Notes: a model not told the origin generated them from the sequence alone. Numbered from the stretch's first letter, positions 1-12,517 are shown. The stretch is DNA of 64,000 nucleotides from Eledone cirrhosa (GCA_964016885.1 OZ024740.1:287680001-287744000), one strand, 5' to 3'. A program made the numbers and translations.

Positions 1-313
1 TCGTGATTAAGTATGACAAGAGTTATCTTTCTCCGCGACCAGCGTCTCCGATTTCGAACACTGGTTTACACACACATACATTAAAAGTTATTTAAGTTTA
101 TGCCATCACGCGCTTTTAATGTTGTAAAAAAAATGTTTACCGGATAACGGATAACACCGAGCTCACATATTAATTATTTCGCTGGAATAGTGCCTAAAGT
201 TTTCATGTTTACATAAAGTACGTATTTCTTCTATGTATTCAAATTTACTTTGTTTACTTTAATGAGCTACATCGAAAGCTACTTCACCCGTCCAAAGGAC
301 GGGTACTAGATAG
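1..313 (+). mobile_element. 3' part of a non-autonomous Helitron-like element
   Basis: Subterminal hairpin ACCCGTCC-AAA-GGACGGGT (286-304) followed by ACTAGATAG, abutting the TC start of the next element. Confidence 0.6.
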
Positions 314-863
314 TCTACTTATAATATATAATGGGCATTTCTCTGTTTGTTTGTCTGTCTGTCCGTCTGTAAAAAATGCCAAGGAAACAAATAGACACGG
401 TTTCAAATCTCTATGCTTTTCAAATTCATTACATTAATCTTTATTTATACGTTTCGCTTTACGAGTGTTTCGGCTTACGAGTGTTTCGGCTTACGAGTGT
501 TTCGACTTACGAGTGTTTCGGCTTACGAGTGTTTCGACTTACGAGTGTTTCGGCTTATCATTATATATAAACGTTTCTATTTCCATCGTTATATCATAAC
601 GTTTATGTATCATAACGTTTATATTTCCGTCACTAATCTTTTTTTCTCCTTTTTCGTTTTAACATATATTTATTTCCAAGATTTCACCATATAGATAACA
701 TATATATTTATACATAACATATATATTTATACATGCATAAAAGACACACCGAGAGACGGTGAACATGTGGTGCCGAAAACATTTCTCATTCAAATCTCAA
801 CAATATCAGTATATACACTAGATTTGCTAGCAGAAAACCGCCCACCGGGTGGTTTTCTGCTAG
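314..863 (+). mobile_element. Non-autonomous Helitron-like element with internal 16-bp minisatellite
   Basis: Starts TCTACTTATAATAT then (CTGT)n-type microsatellite; ends with hairpin CTAGCAGAAAACCGCCC-ACC-GGGTGGTTTTCTGCTAG; related copy ends at 22746. Confidence 0.7.
451..557 (+). repeat. 16-bp tandem repeat (CTTACGAGTGTTTCGR), about 6.5 copies
   Basis: Directly visible tandem copies with no spacers. Confidence 0.95.
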
Positions 864-1365
864 TCTATATATATAAAACTGATGTTGTCTGTGTGTGTGT
901 GAGTTTGAATCCCTAAAACTAGAGAAAAACCCAACCGACTGTTTTCAAACTTTACACATGTAATACTTATGTTTCAGGGAGTGTTCTGAGCCAAAAAATT
1001 TCAAATTTTCAATGCCCTAGGGACCGCATTAGGCGATTTAGCGATCTCTATAATTCTTAGTCTTTCTCTTTTTAGATAGATACATATAACGTCGCGCCCT
1101 TATAATATCTGTCTGTATGTCTGACTGTCTGCTGCCTCCGGTTATTTTGCTACCCTTGCTCAAGACAAATCTCACACTCATTCCCCAAACAGTTGGTAAG
1201 TGCACACAACTTCTTCCTCACATTTTAAGCCACAGTGTTGCTTACTTACGTACCACCAGACCCTTACTTCTTTGCCAGCCGTGGTTGTGGCAATACTAAG
1301 CTTAGCTAAGGCGGTTATATATTTCACAATACCTTATCCCGTGCAACGCCGGGTACCACTGCTAG
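864..1365 (+). mobile_element. Non-autonomous Helitron-like element
   Basis: 5' TCTATATATATAAAA plus (GT)n; 3' CCCGTGCAACGCCGGG hairpin then TACCACTGCTAG|T. Confidence 0.75.
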
Positions 1366-1719
1366 TGTTAGATAAAAATGTTTGCCAGTTTTCTATGATT
1401 TATTTTTAATTTCTTGGTGCTGATTTTATTTCTGTTGTGTGAGATGTTAGTGTAGTGTGTTTGAGGTTATCTATAGTTTTTATCAGGTTGCCATTTCAGT
1501 AATATAACTGGGGTTGCATTTTTTGTGTTACTCTGTAGAATATGTTTCTTGGAAGCATCTATAATTATTGTTTTATTGACTGTACGATAATAGAGTTCTG
1601 CAAAACATTTTTTTGGGAGGGGTCCCCTGGGTTTATTAAAGTTTGTGAGAGTGTATTTATTTTGTTCATTGATATGCGAATGTGTTGGAATGATGACAGA
1701 TGGTTAAAGGAAAGTTGAG

Positions 1720-2240
1720 GGGATTATTTTGCCTATGGTTGTGATAGCAAGGAATGCAGCACAAAGCTGGTTTACTTTTCAGACCCAGCAAATACTTTAG
1801 CTCCAGCAACTCTAATCTTTTACAATGCTCAGGTGAGATACACAATGGATTACTACTTCCATATATGTGGTATTGTTGCTGCTACCCATACAGATATCAT
1901 AGACTGCATTCAAATAAAAACCATCTGACTGATTAGCATGAAGTCATTCACCAACACATTCCAACCCTTGGCCCACAGACATGCTGCCTTTCCTATTATT
2001 ACTAGAGTGGTCTTTTCTCCCCCAGAGCTAGCTAGTCTCATTCCACCTCCACTCAAGAACATTAAACTCATTTGTCTCTCATTCACTTATCACCTATATT
2101 GTGTCCACTCCTCTCTCAGGTCACCCATAAACCAGTACACAGTCCTTCCTCCACTGAACAGCAGCCCTCTGGAATTCTTTTTCTGCTTTTTTTCCTGCAG
2201 CCATCAGTTTGCAATTATTCATGAGAAACATTAACTACAT
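1720..2240 (+). mobile_element. Decayed CR1/Jockey-like LINE 3' fragment
   Basis: Conceptual translation FQPLAHRHA...PELASLIPPPLK resembles a LINE ORF2 C-terminus; related copy at 38180-38710. Confidence 0.55.
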
Positions 2241-2606
2241 TAATCTCACCAGTTTTGGAGAGTCTACAAATGTATATTCCTTTCTCTGGACCAAAATAAT
2301 AAAAAAAAAATTGTTTTAAATGTAGAGCTGATGGCTGAAGAGGAGTTGCTAAAGTTGGTTTCTGGGGTATGTAGGTGGTTTGGTGAGGGGTATTGCAGTA
2401 TATTGAGATGTTTTTTTGTTTTGTTTACATAGTGTATAATGGTTATTTTTGGTCTTGCTATGAATTTTATGATTGAAATGCTTATGCTTTTGTTGTCATT
2501 GTTTGTGTTGTTTAGTCCCTGGCCAGCTCTGATTGAGCAGATCCAACTATCATCATCATCATCATCATCTAGTTTTTGATTAAGCAGGACACAATTAATC
2601 CCCAAG

Positions 2607-2845
2607 TATAGGTGGGTCCTGCCCGACAGCGCTCCTTAGCATCCCGCTCCATGTGTTTCTGTCCACTGGTCTCATTTGGGCCAGGCCAAGCCTAGCTTGA
2701 TCCTGATGGACATCCTCCATCCAAATACTTTTTGTTCTTCCTAGGCCTCTACTACCTCCTGGATTGACATTCATCACTTTGCTGATCTAGCCCTCACTGT
2801 GCTCGACATGGCCATACCAGTGCATGCGTCTTGTGTGAAGCACAT
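2607..2845 (-). mobile_element. RTE LINE 3' fragment
   Basis: (W)YGHV...GGSRGLGRTKSIWMEDV...DRNTW, typical RTE ORF C-terminus. Confidence 0.6.
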
Positions 2846-2966
2846 GTTTTTTTTTTTATTTTACAAACATAATGTACCTAGGACTATATCCAATGTATAC
2901 CTTCCTGTTTTTAAGATAAGATAAGATTTGAAGGATATTTGGCTGCTATTATTAGTAGATTAAGTG

Positions 2967-3146
2967 GTGGATTGGCAGTATCGGTAGAGGGTCGGACGCC
3001 ATGCTTTCCAGCATAGTTACGTCCCTTTACGATCTGAGTTCAAATCCCGCTGAGGTTGACTTTGCCTTTCATCCTTACGGGGTCGATAAAATAAAGTACC
3101 AGTAATGCACTGGGTGATTGCTGGCCTTGTGCCTAAAGTAGAAACA
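2967..3146 (+). mobile_element. tRNA-derived SINE with Nin-type domain, full length
   Basis: B-box GAGTTCAAATCCC; core GCCTTTCATCCTTACGGGGTCGATAAAATAAAGTACCAG; 19-bp TSD ATTATTAGTAGATTAAGTG at 2948-2966 and 3147-3165. Confidence 0.85.
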
Positions 3147-3429
3147 ATTATTAGTAGATTAAGTGATTACATAGAGGCTTCCATGTTGCCTTATCATCAA
3201 TGTTGTTGAGCCTTAGATTTGTCATGATAAAGTTGACCTATAATTAACAGCATTCCAGACTTGACCATCCTATCTTATTTTCAGACATAGTATAACTAGG
3301 ACTACATTACCCCTTCCTTGTTTAAGATTGCAGGGTATGATTTCAGAGAGATTTGGCTGTGTCATTTCTAGCAGGTCGAGCAACTACTTAGAGTCTGTAC
3401 ACTCTGGTTGACTTGTTATTGTTTGTAGT

Positions 3430-3640
3430 GTTGATGATGGTGGTGGTGGTGGTGCTGCCACTGTTGGTGCTGCTGGTGCTGGTGGTGACGGTGGCTGTGG
3501 TGACAGTGGTAATGGTGATGGTGGTGGTGTCGGTGGAGGTGGTGGTGATGATGGTGGCAGTGGTGGTGGTGGTGGTGACAGTGACAGTGGTGGTAGTGGT
3601 GGTGGTGATGATGGTGGCAGTGGTGGTGGTGACAGAGGCA
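3430..3640. repeat. Degenerate (GGT)n trinucleotide repeat
   Basis: Visible; explains the Pro-, Thr- and Val-rich ORFs. Confidence 0.85.
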
Positions 3641-3879
3641 GAGGTATCATAGAGGTAAGAGGAGGAGTATTCCCACCTTCCAATCACAGCTACCATCCTC
3701 CATATTGCATAAAATGCTGTGACTATATACAACAATAAAGAAAGACAAAAGCAAGCAGACAAACAGTTTTAAAATAGATTCTACTAATTATGAGTGACTA
3801 ATTTGAAGTGACTAGTGTCTCTTAGATTGTTATATACAGACACGTCTCACCTCATCTTCTCTGTCTGTCTGTAGTTTGC

Positions 3880-4470
3880 ATGTCTTACACAATCATATAA
3901 ACACCTGCACATATTCACACACACATAAACACCTGCACACCTACACATTTGCATGCATTCATATATAAAGACATACACCTATGCATGCATACTCACACAG
4001 AGACACAGACACATACACTTACAAATATGCTTATACATATACACAAATGCACATATATACACTTTAAAACACTCACATATACATACATAAATACACTTAC
4101 ACTCATACATATAAACTTTCTTACACTTATGCATACACTTACAAACACTCCTACATACTCATACACACATGCACATGCTTTTACATACATACACTTACAA
4201 ACACTCCTACATACATACACACACAAACATGCATATATATATATATATATATGCATGCACATGCTGTTACATACATACACTTACAAACACCCTAAATATA
4301 CTTACATGCGTACACATAGACACACTGCATAAACACACATATATACTCTTATATAAACACATGAGCCCTTACAGATACATATTTTCAATCACAAACACAT
4401 ACACACTTACATAAACACATCGATTCTTATACATACACAAACTTTTAACCACACATACATATATATATGT
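3880..4470. repeat. Degenerate (CA/TA)n low-complexity tract
   Basis: Visible composition. Confidence 0.85.
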
Positions 4471-4504
4471 TTAAAATAGGGAATGTAAAATATGTAAGTA
4501 AATA

Positions 4505-4782
4505 AATGGACGTCCGTCATATAGGTGTCATGACAAAAGCGCCCAGTCCTAACTGTAAAGTGGTCATGTAGGTGTCACGACAAAAAGCACCCAATCCAAA
4601 CTGCCAAGTGGTCGTGTAGGCATCATAACAAAAAGCACCCAGCGCACACTGTAAATGTGGTTGCCGTTAGGAAGGGCATCCAGCCACAGAAACCAAGCCC
4701 AAATCAGTTCAGTATGAGAGAATCACAGTCCTACTCATGCTAGCGTGGCAAATGGACATTAAATTATGATGATGATGATGCG
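4505..4782 (+). mobile_element. RTE 3'UTR-related SINE or LINE tail with tandem ~49-bp subrepeats
   Basis: Repeated GTAGGTGTCAYGACAAAA units, AGGAAGGGCATCCAGC core and (GAT)n tail, same as the 3'UTR of the RTE copies at 58600-59045 and 61256-61540. Confidence 0.7.
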
Positions 4783-6211
4783 TATAACAATTGTAGCACG
4801 TTTGATACTGAACCACCTGAAACTGCTCTTAGCTCTATGACATAAAACTGTTTGTTTTAAAGGGCTTGTATTTATCTAAAAACAACAGCCAAATCTCCTT
4901 CCAATTACAACTTACCATCTGAAAAAGGGAAATGGTACATTAGAAAATGTAGCCCTAGATACCCCTAAAAAGGTGGAATAGTCATGCCAAGAATGCTTTT
5001 GATCATAGGCTTGCTCGGTCAGAGTTAATCTGACCCTAAAGAATGACAACCTTCAAAGTTGTTAATTCTTACAATCTCTGATGGTCCCCAAGAGTGACTT
5101 CACAAATATAACATTTCCAAAATCTGCATTCCAATGGCTTGGTTGCCTATTCAGGACCAGAAACCTGCTTAAACCCCAATCAGTAAATGATCCTCTATAA
5201 AACTTTAAGTAGGATGCATATTGGAGTATTGATCAAATACATGGGGTGACATTTATAACATTCATGTTATTGTAGTGCTGCACTTTTCACACATTATCTA
5301 TCTCATGAAACATAATCAGATGACTGCATGATCAGTACTAATTAACATAATTACCAGGTTAATATAGAGCAGAATATATGGTAATCTAACTTGGCTTATC
5401 TCACAATGGGACAACTCATCTAACCCATGCTAGCACGGAAAAATGGATGTTTAACAGTGATGATGATGTTGATGATGATAATTTATGCAGGTGAATAAAG
5501 CATCCTATTGTAAGACTCTAACTTTATTTGGATGAGTATTTAACAATAGTATTGCATTTTGAACAAATACTAGCCAGACATTATTATAGTGATGAAGATG
5601 AGATACACTAAATGACAACATATTAACACTGTACAAATACTAAGTAATAAATAACAGGTAGGACTAAATAAGCATACAACTTTCATGTTAAAAAAAGTGA
5701 GACCTGTTGAAGTAGTTGTGGAAGAACTTGGTATTAAATACCAAGTTACTTACAGGAATTTAAGACACACCTTTGAGTGAGGAATATATATAGTAAAATG
5801 GTAGAATATACTGAAAAGTAATTGCTATGGTTGTACACATGAAAGGTATGAGTCAACTGGTCTCAAGTAATTGACTACTTCAACAAAATTAAATAAATAA
5901 AACTGTCAGAAGTTGGCACCAGTCTAAAATCTACACCCAGAAGAAATTGAACTAGACAAACAGAATTACTAAATTTTCCCAAAGTGTGCATAAACATCAT
6001 AATACTAATTTTAAATGTCACTCTTGTAAATATTGAAGTGTTGGTAACTTTGTCCAAATCACAGACAGTGCAAGCTCTACTGAACCTATGAATGGTAATA
6101 TTCTCCTAAATGGTACTTAACCACATTTCATCAACATAAAAAAGAACACAGCCTTACTATTACCAGACCCATGTGGAAGAAACTTCTATTTCTTGAATAT
6201 GGCTACTTTAA

Positions 6212-6432
6212 TCCTTTCATTACTATATTTCATATGATTTTAAATTAATTTTGTAAAAATCAAGAATTTGGAGAGATTTAGTAATATAACTATCCTTCTC
6301 ATTAAGTTTGTGTTTAATAAAGGTTCCTACATGAAATTATGATGGAAGGTTTTTAGATAAATAAAACACTTTAAAGTCTTGTTTGTATATAAAAAAAAAA
6401 AGGCGGTTTTATGTGGTTTGGTATCAAAAGGG
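6212..6432. mobile_element. piggyBac-type MITE
   Basis: TTAA on both flanks; imperfect TIRs TCCTTTCATTAC / GTATCAAAAGGG; partial relatives near 4800, 10392 and 45472. Confidence 0.55.
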
Positions 6433-6938
6433 TTAAATACATTTCTACATTGGTTTCAGATAGTATAAAACTTAGCAAGATACAAAACTAAAACAGCGAC
6501 TTCTACTTCAACAAACAATGAGATTCTATGTCCATTATGCTTTTACTATGACTACTCTTGTCCACAATACACCTGACTATTATCAAATACAACACCCCTA
6601 CACTCACTAGCTATATGCTATGTATCAGAACTTTGCCTATAGCAACTGATATATCCATTTGGCAGTCTTCTCAAAGTCAGTTTACCCTATGTATTGTATA
6701 TATGCCCTGAATACCATTTAAAATTGTAATGACTGAAATACATTTTCACAGAGAGGAGAGGGTAAAGAACAACATTTTGTCTTTCAATAAATATATATTG
6801 TCTTTCTTGGACTTGAATTTTTTTTTTTTTTTAGTCTCTGATAATTTGAAATAATTTTGGAAACATTAAAAAATAAATAAGGAAAAATGCATATTCTGAA
6901 AAAGTTAAGATTATATATATATATATATATATATATAT

Positions 6939-7705
6939 TTCCGGTTTGTATTTATTTTCTTGATTTATTCTTAAATTGAGACTGGCAAACCCTATTGTCT
7001 ATAATTAGTATTCTTTTCACCTTAGCGAATCTGGTCCCTTACGATTTGAACACATATATGTATATATCTGTGTTTGTTTTTATTTTATATTCAATTATAA
7101 TATACGGCTCGGAAAAATCTCTTTCCTAGAGCTATTTTATTGTAAGAGACTATTTTCAGTTTCTAACTCAATATATACCTTTAATATATTCGGCTCCGTT
7201 AATTTGTTGAGCTAATTCAAATGTCGAGTAAACCTGGCTGCTATTTTTAGTGGTATGAGTTTGTGAGACACGCTAAGTTCAGATACCATGTACGTTATTA
7301 TATATACGTACATTATTCAGTTTTTTAATATACTTAGAAGTGTCCAGGGTACTAATTCTTCACCCACTGATGAGCAAGAATCGGTATTCCTCTTCACAAT
7401 TAATTTTGTGAAACAGCTGACCAAAGCTGTCTGGGTGATTGGTAGTTACCACAATTCCGGTTTGTATTTATTTTCTTGATTTATTCTTAAATTGAGTCTG
7501 GCAAACCCTATTGTCTATAGTTAGTATTCTTTTCACCTTAGCGAATCTGGTCCCTTATTATTTGAACACGTATATGTATATATCTATGTTCGTTTTTCTT
7601 TTATATTCAATTATAATATACAGCTCGGAAAAATCTCTTTCCTTGAGCTATTTTATTGTAAGAGACTATTTTGAGTTTCTAACTCAATATATAACTTTGA
7701 TATAT
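6939..7705 (+). mobile_element. Partial tandem (about 1.5 x 516 bp) Penelope-like or retrozyme element
   Basis: 6939-7189 repeated at 7455-7705 at a constant 516-bp offset, hammerhead ribozyme between the copies, (TA)n on both flanks. Confidence 0.7.
7360..7438 (+). ncRNA. Type I hammerhead ribozyme
   Basis: Stem I TCACCCA/TGGGTGA; CTGATGA 7367-7373; stem II GCAAGA...TTTTGT; GAAA 7410-7413; stem III CAGCT/AGCTG; GTC triplet with cleavage after 7431. Confidence 0.8.
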
Positions 7706-8027
7706 ATATATATACATATAATTTTCAAATTCGCTGGCCACTTCTGCTATGGTTATATAGCTTCTAATTGAATAGAAGGAAGCATGGGTGACATGTTGGT
7801 GTAATGGTGACTCATTGGTCCGGCAAACCAAAGATGTGGGTTCATATCCCATGTATGTCAATACTCATCCTTTTTTCCATTCAGAGGGTTTTTTTAAATA
7901 CTAACAGACTAATTCTATTTAGTCAAATATGGCGTAAGCACATGTTACTACCCAATTTTCAAATTTTCTAGCCATTTCTAAACAAAGCCTGCTTTGTGTT
8001 TCCCTATATATATATATATAACTTATA

Positions 8028-8132
8028 ATTGTTTCTACTTTTTGGCACAAGGCCAGCAATTACCCAGTGCATTACTGGTACTTTATTTTATCGACCCCGT
8101 AAGGATGAAAGGCAAAGTCAACCTCAGCGGGA
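8028..8132 (-). mobile_element. 5'-truncated Nin-type SINE
   Basis: Near identity to 2967-3146; flanking duplication TATATATAACTTATAAT. Confidence 0.8.
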
Positions 8133-8229
8133 TTATATATAACTTATAATAACAGATTTGTATGCCTAATCCCACACACACACACACATATATATATGTA
8201 AGGTTTTTTTTAATATATCCCACATATCA

Positions 8230-8930
8230 GAAAAAGAAGTTGAAAATGCAATTGAAGTCTTTAAGAAGGTTTATTTACAATAATTTATAACTTACCAGTT
8301 TCACAAGTTTCATGATTTTCAAAAGTTATGAGAGATGGAGAGATGTGTGGCTATGCCGACTTGTAACTTGCAACTAATTGGTGTTTGGAATTTCTTTCAG
8401 TTCTATGCAGAAAATGTGGCTCAGATTGCTATATATTTGAAGTACAATTTGATAGATTGAGGAAGTTCACGTGGTTAGGCATCAAGTTTTTTGGGTAATT
8501 TTGCACCAAAAATCAAGAAGTGCCATGGTTCCTTCAGTTTTATGCAGAAAAATGACTGGAGTTTACAGTATAATTTGATAAGCTGATGATGATCATGTGA
8601 TTAGGTACCAAAAACAGGAGTGTTGTGATTTAGTGAATATGGACAGTAGCAATGCATGCCTGTTTTTTGTATGTTCAATAGTCAAGGGAAGTTGGTATTG
8701 TCTTTGTGGCAATTGACTGGGGCGGGTGGTAATTCCTACTCTCGGGGGGGGGGGGGGGGTCAGTAAATTGACATCACATGCTTTCATATTGGTTTGGTGC
8801 TCCCAAATCTTTTTACCATTCATCACCACACTTATCTCTACTGGGTTAGGCATAGTGAAGAATGAAAATTTGACAAGTCAAATTTTAATGGAAAGACATG
8901 TAATACATCAAACAAATTTATCTGTTTTCT
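8230..8930 (-). mobile_element. Possible decayed Penelope-like element 3' end with minimal hammerhead remnant
   Basis: Minus strand 8328-8288 reads TAACT-TTTGAAAA...GAAA-CTGG-TA-AGTTA; KIWEHQ is weakly GIY-YIG-like. Confidence 0.35.
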
Positions 8931-9609
8931 AGTGGTACTTGTTCTTTCAGCTCCAAAGGTTATGAAAGCAAAATAATAATCTCTGGAGATATTTGAACAA
9001 GATAACATAAGCAACTAGCCATTTCTTGCTGCTTTGTTACCTCCTTGTGTTCGTAGTTCCTTATTTCATGCACCACAACCATTATCCATCCCCACTCCAT
9101 CCAACATATCCAACCAACAAATAATTAGGGGCTTCTGTTTTGTCATATTTTTCTTGTTTAATTTTATTGCTACATTGTCTTCTCGGGTGTTTCAGGCACT
9201 ATTAAAGCTAACAAAACCAGATTATTTTTACCAATGATTACTAAGCGAAAAGAATTTTTAAAATTATTTTTGTTTTTAAAACTATTTCATTCTTTTTGTA
9301 AGTTATCTGTATATATACTGGGTAAGGTATAGATTATACTAACAAATCTGTTATACACACATATACATATATAGCACACACACACATAAACACAGCAGTA
9401 CAATTTCTCTCAGATATTGGTGGCTATGATAGCTAGTAGTGGAAGATACTTTTAAACAATATAAATAAAATAGTTAATAGCATAAAATAGAGTAGACATG
9501 TCGATAGTCAAATGTTGATCACACATGTAGATATAATAGTATGACAAATGTATATTCAAATACTGACCATTTAATATGATAAGTAGTAATGTAAAATATA
9601 GTAAAACAC

Positions 9610-9895
9610 CAAGGCATGGCTCTGCGGTTAAGGAGTTCACTTTGCAATCATGTGGTTCTGGGTTCATTTCAACTCTGCGGCACCTTCGATGTCTTCTATT
9701 ATACTATATTTTGGGGTTGGTTAATGTGTGTGAGTGTGTGCGTGTGCCAGTGTTTATTTCCCATAACTTAATGGTTTAACAAAGAGGGACTGATGAAATA
9801 AGTACCAGTCTAGAAAAAGATAATACTGGAGTCAATATGATCAACTAAACCAAGGCAGTACACCAGCTGCAGTCTAATGACTGAAACTAGTAAAA
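9610..9895 (+). mobile_element. tRNA-derived SINE (decayed)
   Basis: tRNA-like head GGCATGGCTCTGCGGTTAAG...GGGTTCATTTC and AATAAGTACCAG motif. Confidence 0.55.
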
Positions 9896-10514
9896 GAATA
9901 TAGATACAATACAGTTAGTAGTGTAAGATATATTTAAATACTGAGCACATGTATGTGGAGAGAATTTTCATTTGTTAACATTTGGGTTAAAATTACATCA
10001 AATATACTTTCCAGTTATGTAAGAGAATTATAGGAGTTGTACATCCATTGTAGCCCTATTTGATTATTTTATTTTATTGAGTTAATAACTATTAACATCC
10101 TATACCACATTCTTGAAAAGTACAATACAGCCCTATGACTGCATCGCATTAAAAATTAAGCCTTTAGTTTACAGCAAATTTTCACAATGATCAGTCCAAT
10201 ACTACAGACATACTATAAACATTTCAATTAACAAACCAGTCCTTAAATATTTTCAGCTAAACCATTACATGATTTTAAGAGTTAAAGACATAATGGAAAA
10301 TTGTGTCCCCAAATAATGTGGTTTTCACTGAAGAATAAGTCAAGGAACTAAAGAGGCTTGATGTCTGAATTGGTTATTAATATGAAGAAGATTAACCCTT
10401 TAGATACCAAACTGCCAGAAACTGTCCCTGGTTCTATGATACCAAACTGTTAATCTTTAAAGTGCTTATATTCATCTAAAAACCTTCCATCATAATTTTA
10501 TCTAAGAACTTTTC

Positions 10515-10905
10515 TTAATGATAATAATAATAAAATAATAATAATGAAATTATTGTGTACAGTGCTCAGGTGCACTACAACTCATCAAAGGTGCATGTAT
10601 AGTACATAGAATAATGTACAAATGTCAGGAAAGTGAACAGTGTATGAGTCATGATATACATGTGTGTATGGAGGGAAGATATCAGGTGTAGTGTTGGCGA
10701 ATTTCAGGAAGCATGGAAGTTTTAAAGGATGCAGTGTCTCGGCAGCTAACAACTGATGCAGGTAGTTTGTTCTATGCTTCAGCAACTCTGAGCGTAATAA
10801 AATGTTTCCGAAAGTCATGGGAACTGTGCTGTTTTCTGACTTTGTAGGCATGTCCACGTGTGTTAGACACATAGAATTCAAAAAGGTGATCAGGGTTGTT
10901 GTTGG
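10515..10905 (-). mobile_element. CR1-like LINE 3' end
   Basis: (ATT)n tail; MTFGNILLRSELLKH resembles the (F)F..RVV..WN.L C-terminal LINE motif. Confidence 0.5.
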
Positions 10906-11533
10906 TTAATAATTTTGTGGGTGTCTACCAAGTCAGTTGCCAGATGTTGGAACTTCAATGTATCCATGCCCAGGGAAGCAAGGCATTCAGAGTATGATAG
11001 ATGAGAAAGATTGTTATATTACTAAATCTCTCCAAATTTTAGATTATTTTCAAAATTATTTTAACATTTTAGACAATGTGTATTTGTGTATTTATGACTT
11101 GCAAAAATATTCAGAAGAATACGAATGGCTGGTGCGTGTTTGTACAATCAGCTCCAAGAAAAATGCGTGTTGTCACTCTGCATTTTTCTTGCCGGAGTGT
11201 CTGTTATTTCTATGACATCCGTTTGTGACATCAGAGCTATCACACCACAGGTGTCGCTTCGCTACATATAGCCCTCCTCCAGATGACCAATCGATGAAGA
11301 AGTAAACATATGTAGTGAGAAGCAAGGCAAAGATAGGTAATAAACAAAAGAAATGTTAGCACAAGCAGCAAACAAAAGGCAAGGCACGCAAAAATGTAAC
11401 AACAGAAACATGCAAAACAATCAATAAAATGCAACTAATCGTAAGAAAGACAAAAGCCAAGGGCTGCAACAAGGGCAGCTTAAATGTACACAGTTTGACA
11501 CAGTTTGTTTCCAAAAAGGCTCCAGTCGCCAGT

Positions 11534-12395
11534 TTATATAATAAAAGTTTGGAAGAGTTCCTTGGGCCAGTGGACTCTTTGACTGGAACGGGTTGTGGTC
11601 TTGTATCTTGGTGATTGGGGGAGAGAAACTAGTGTGTGTGCAAAAGAGAAAGATGGGGGTGTATGTGGATCAGGTGTGTGAGCATCTGTGTGGGCCCGTT
11701 TAAGTCTATCAACCGCAATGGTCTCTCTGGATCCCTTAATGTCTACAGTGAAATGTTTATCAGAACGAGCTAATACACGGTAGGGTCCAGAGTACAGTTG
11801 TGTGAGAGGTGGTCTCACAGCATCGTTTTTTACGAACACATGGGTCCACGATGCAATATCCCTCGGGACTGCAGATTTTACAGTTTGTTTCTTTGTATCC
11901 ATCGGCGGCAGGTCCTGAAAATAAGAACTCAAGCATTTGCCCAGGTAACGCTAGAGGAGCACCATACAATAATTCGGCCGGGGAGAACCTAAGGTCCTCC
12001 TTTATTGATGACCGAATCCCCAACAACACAATAGGGAGGTACTCGCTCCAACGCGTAGAGTCAGGAGAAGTCCGTAGAACGGCTTTTAGTTGTCGGTGGA
12101 AGCGCTCCACCATTCCATTAGAGGCAAGATGATATGAAGTTGTTCGGATGCGTTTAGCGCCAATGATCTTCGTCAATTTGGAGATTCGATTCGATTCGAA
12201 CTGTCTTCCATGGTCCGTTGTAATCGTGGTTGGCACTCCAAAGCGGGCAATCCATCCTGATACTAGGGCATGCACTGTCATTTCAGCAGTGATGTCTTTC
12301 AAGCGGATGGCTTCAGGCCATCGCAAAAAACGATCAATAACAGTCAATAGATAAGTATGACCACCACTGACTGGCCAAGGTCCCACGATGTTCAC
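11534..12395 (-). pseudogene. Gypsy integrase (rve plus GPY/F module), frameshifted
   Basis: YLLTVIDRF.RWPEA, GVPTTITTDHGRQFES, SNGMVERFHRQLK, YSGPYRVL split over two frames. Confidence 0.9.
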
Positions 12396-12517
12396 ATGAA
12401 TGGCCTACTCTCCCTACATAATTTCGTGACTTGACACGTCAATGCGTCAATCGCCTTCAACATGGCATCTTCGTGTGTCAAGACGGGTTGGTTCGGAAAA
12501 GTCGAAGAGGCAACAAG

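Noticed and set aside
451-557. CRISPR-like regular repeat
   Set aside because: Contiguous 16-bp units with no spacers, in a eukaryotic context with no cas genes; it is a minisatellite.
2264-2605. 113-aa minus-strand ORF, weakly GIY-YIG-like
   Set aside because: Spans a microsatellite and a TE boundary; similarity too weak to call.
3384-3762. Pro-rich, Thr-rich (mucin-like) and Val-rich ORFs
   Set aside because: All are reading frames of one degenerate (GGT)n repeat.
7780-7870. tRNA-like sequence
   Set aside because: A- and B-box-like motifs but no clean cloverleaf; probably a decayed SINE head.
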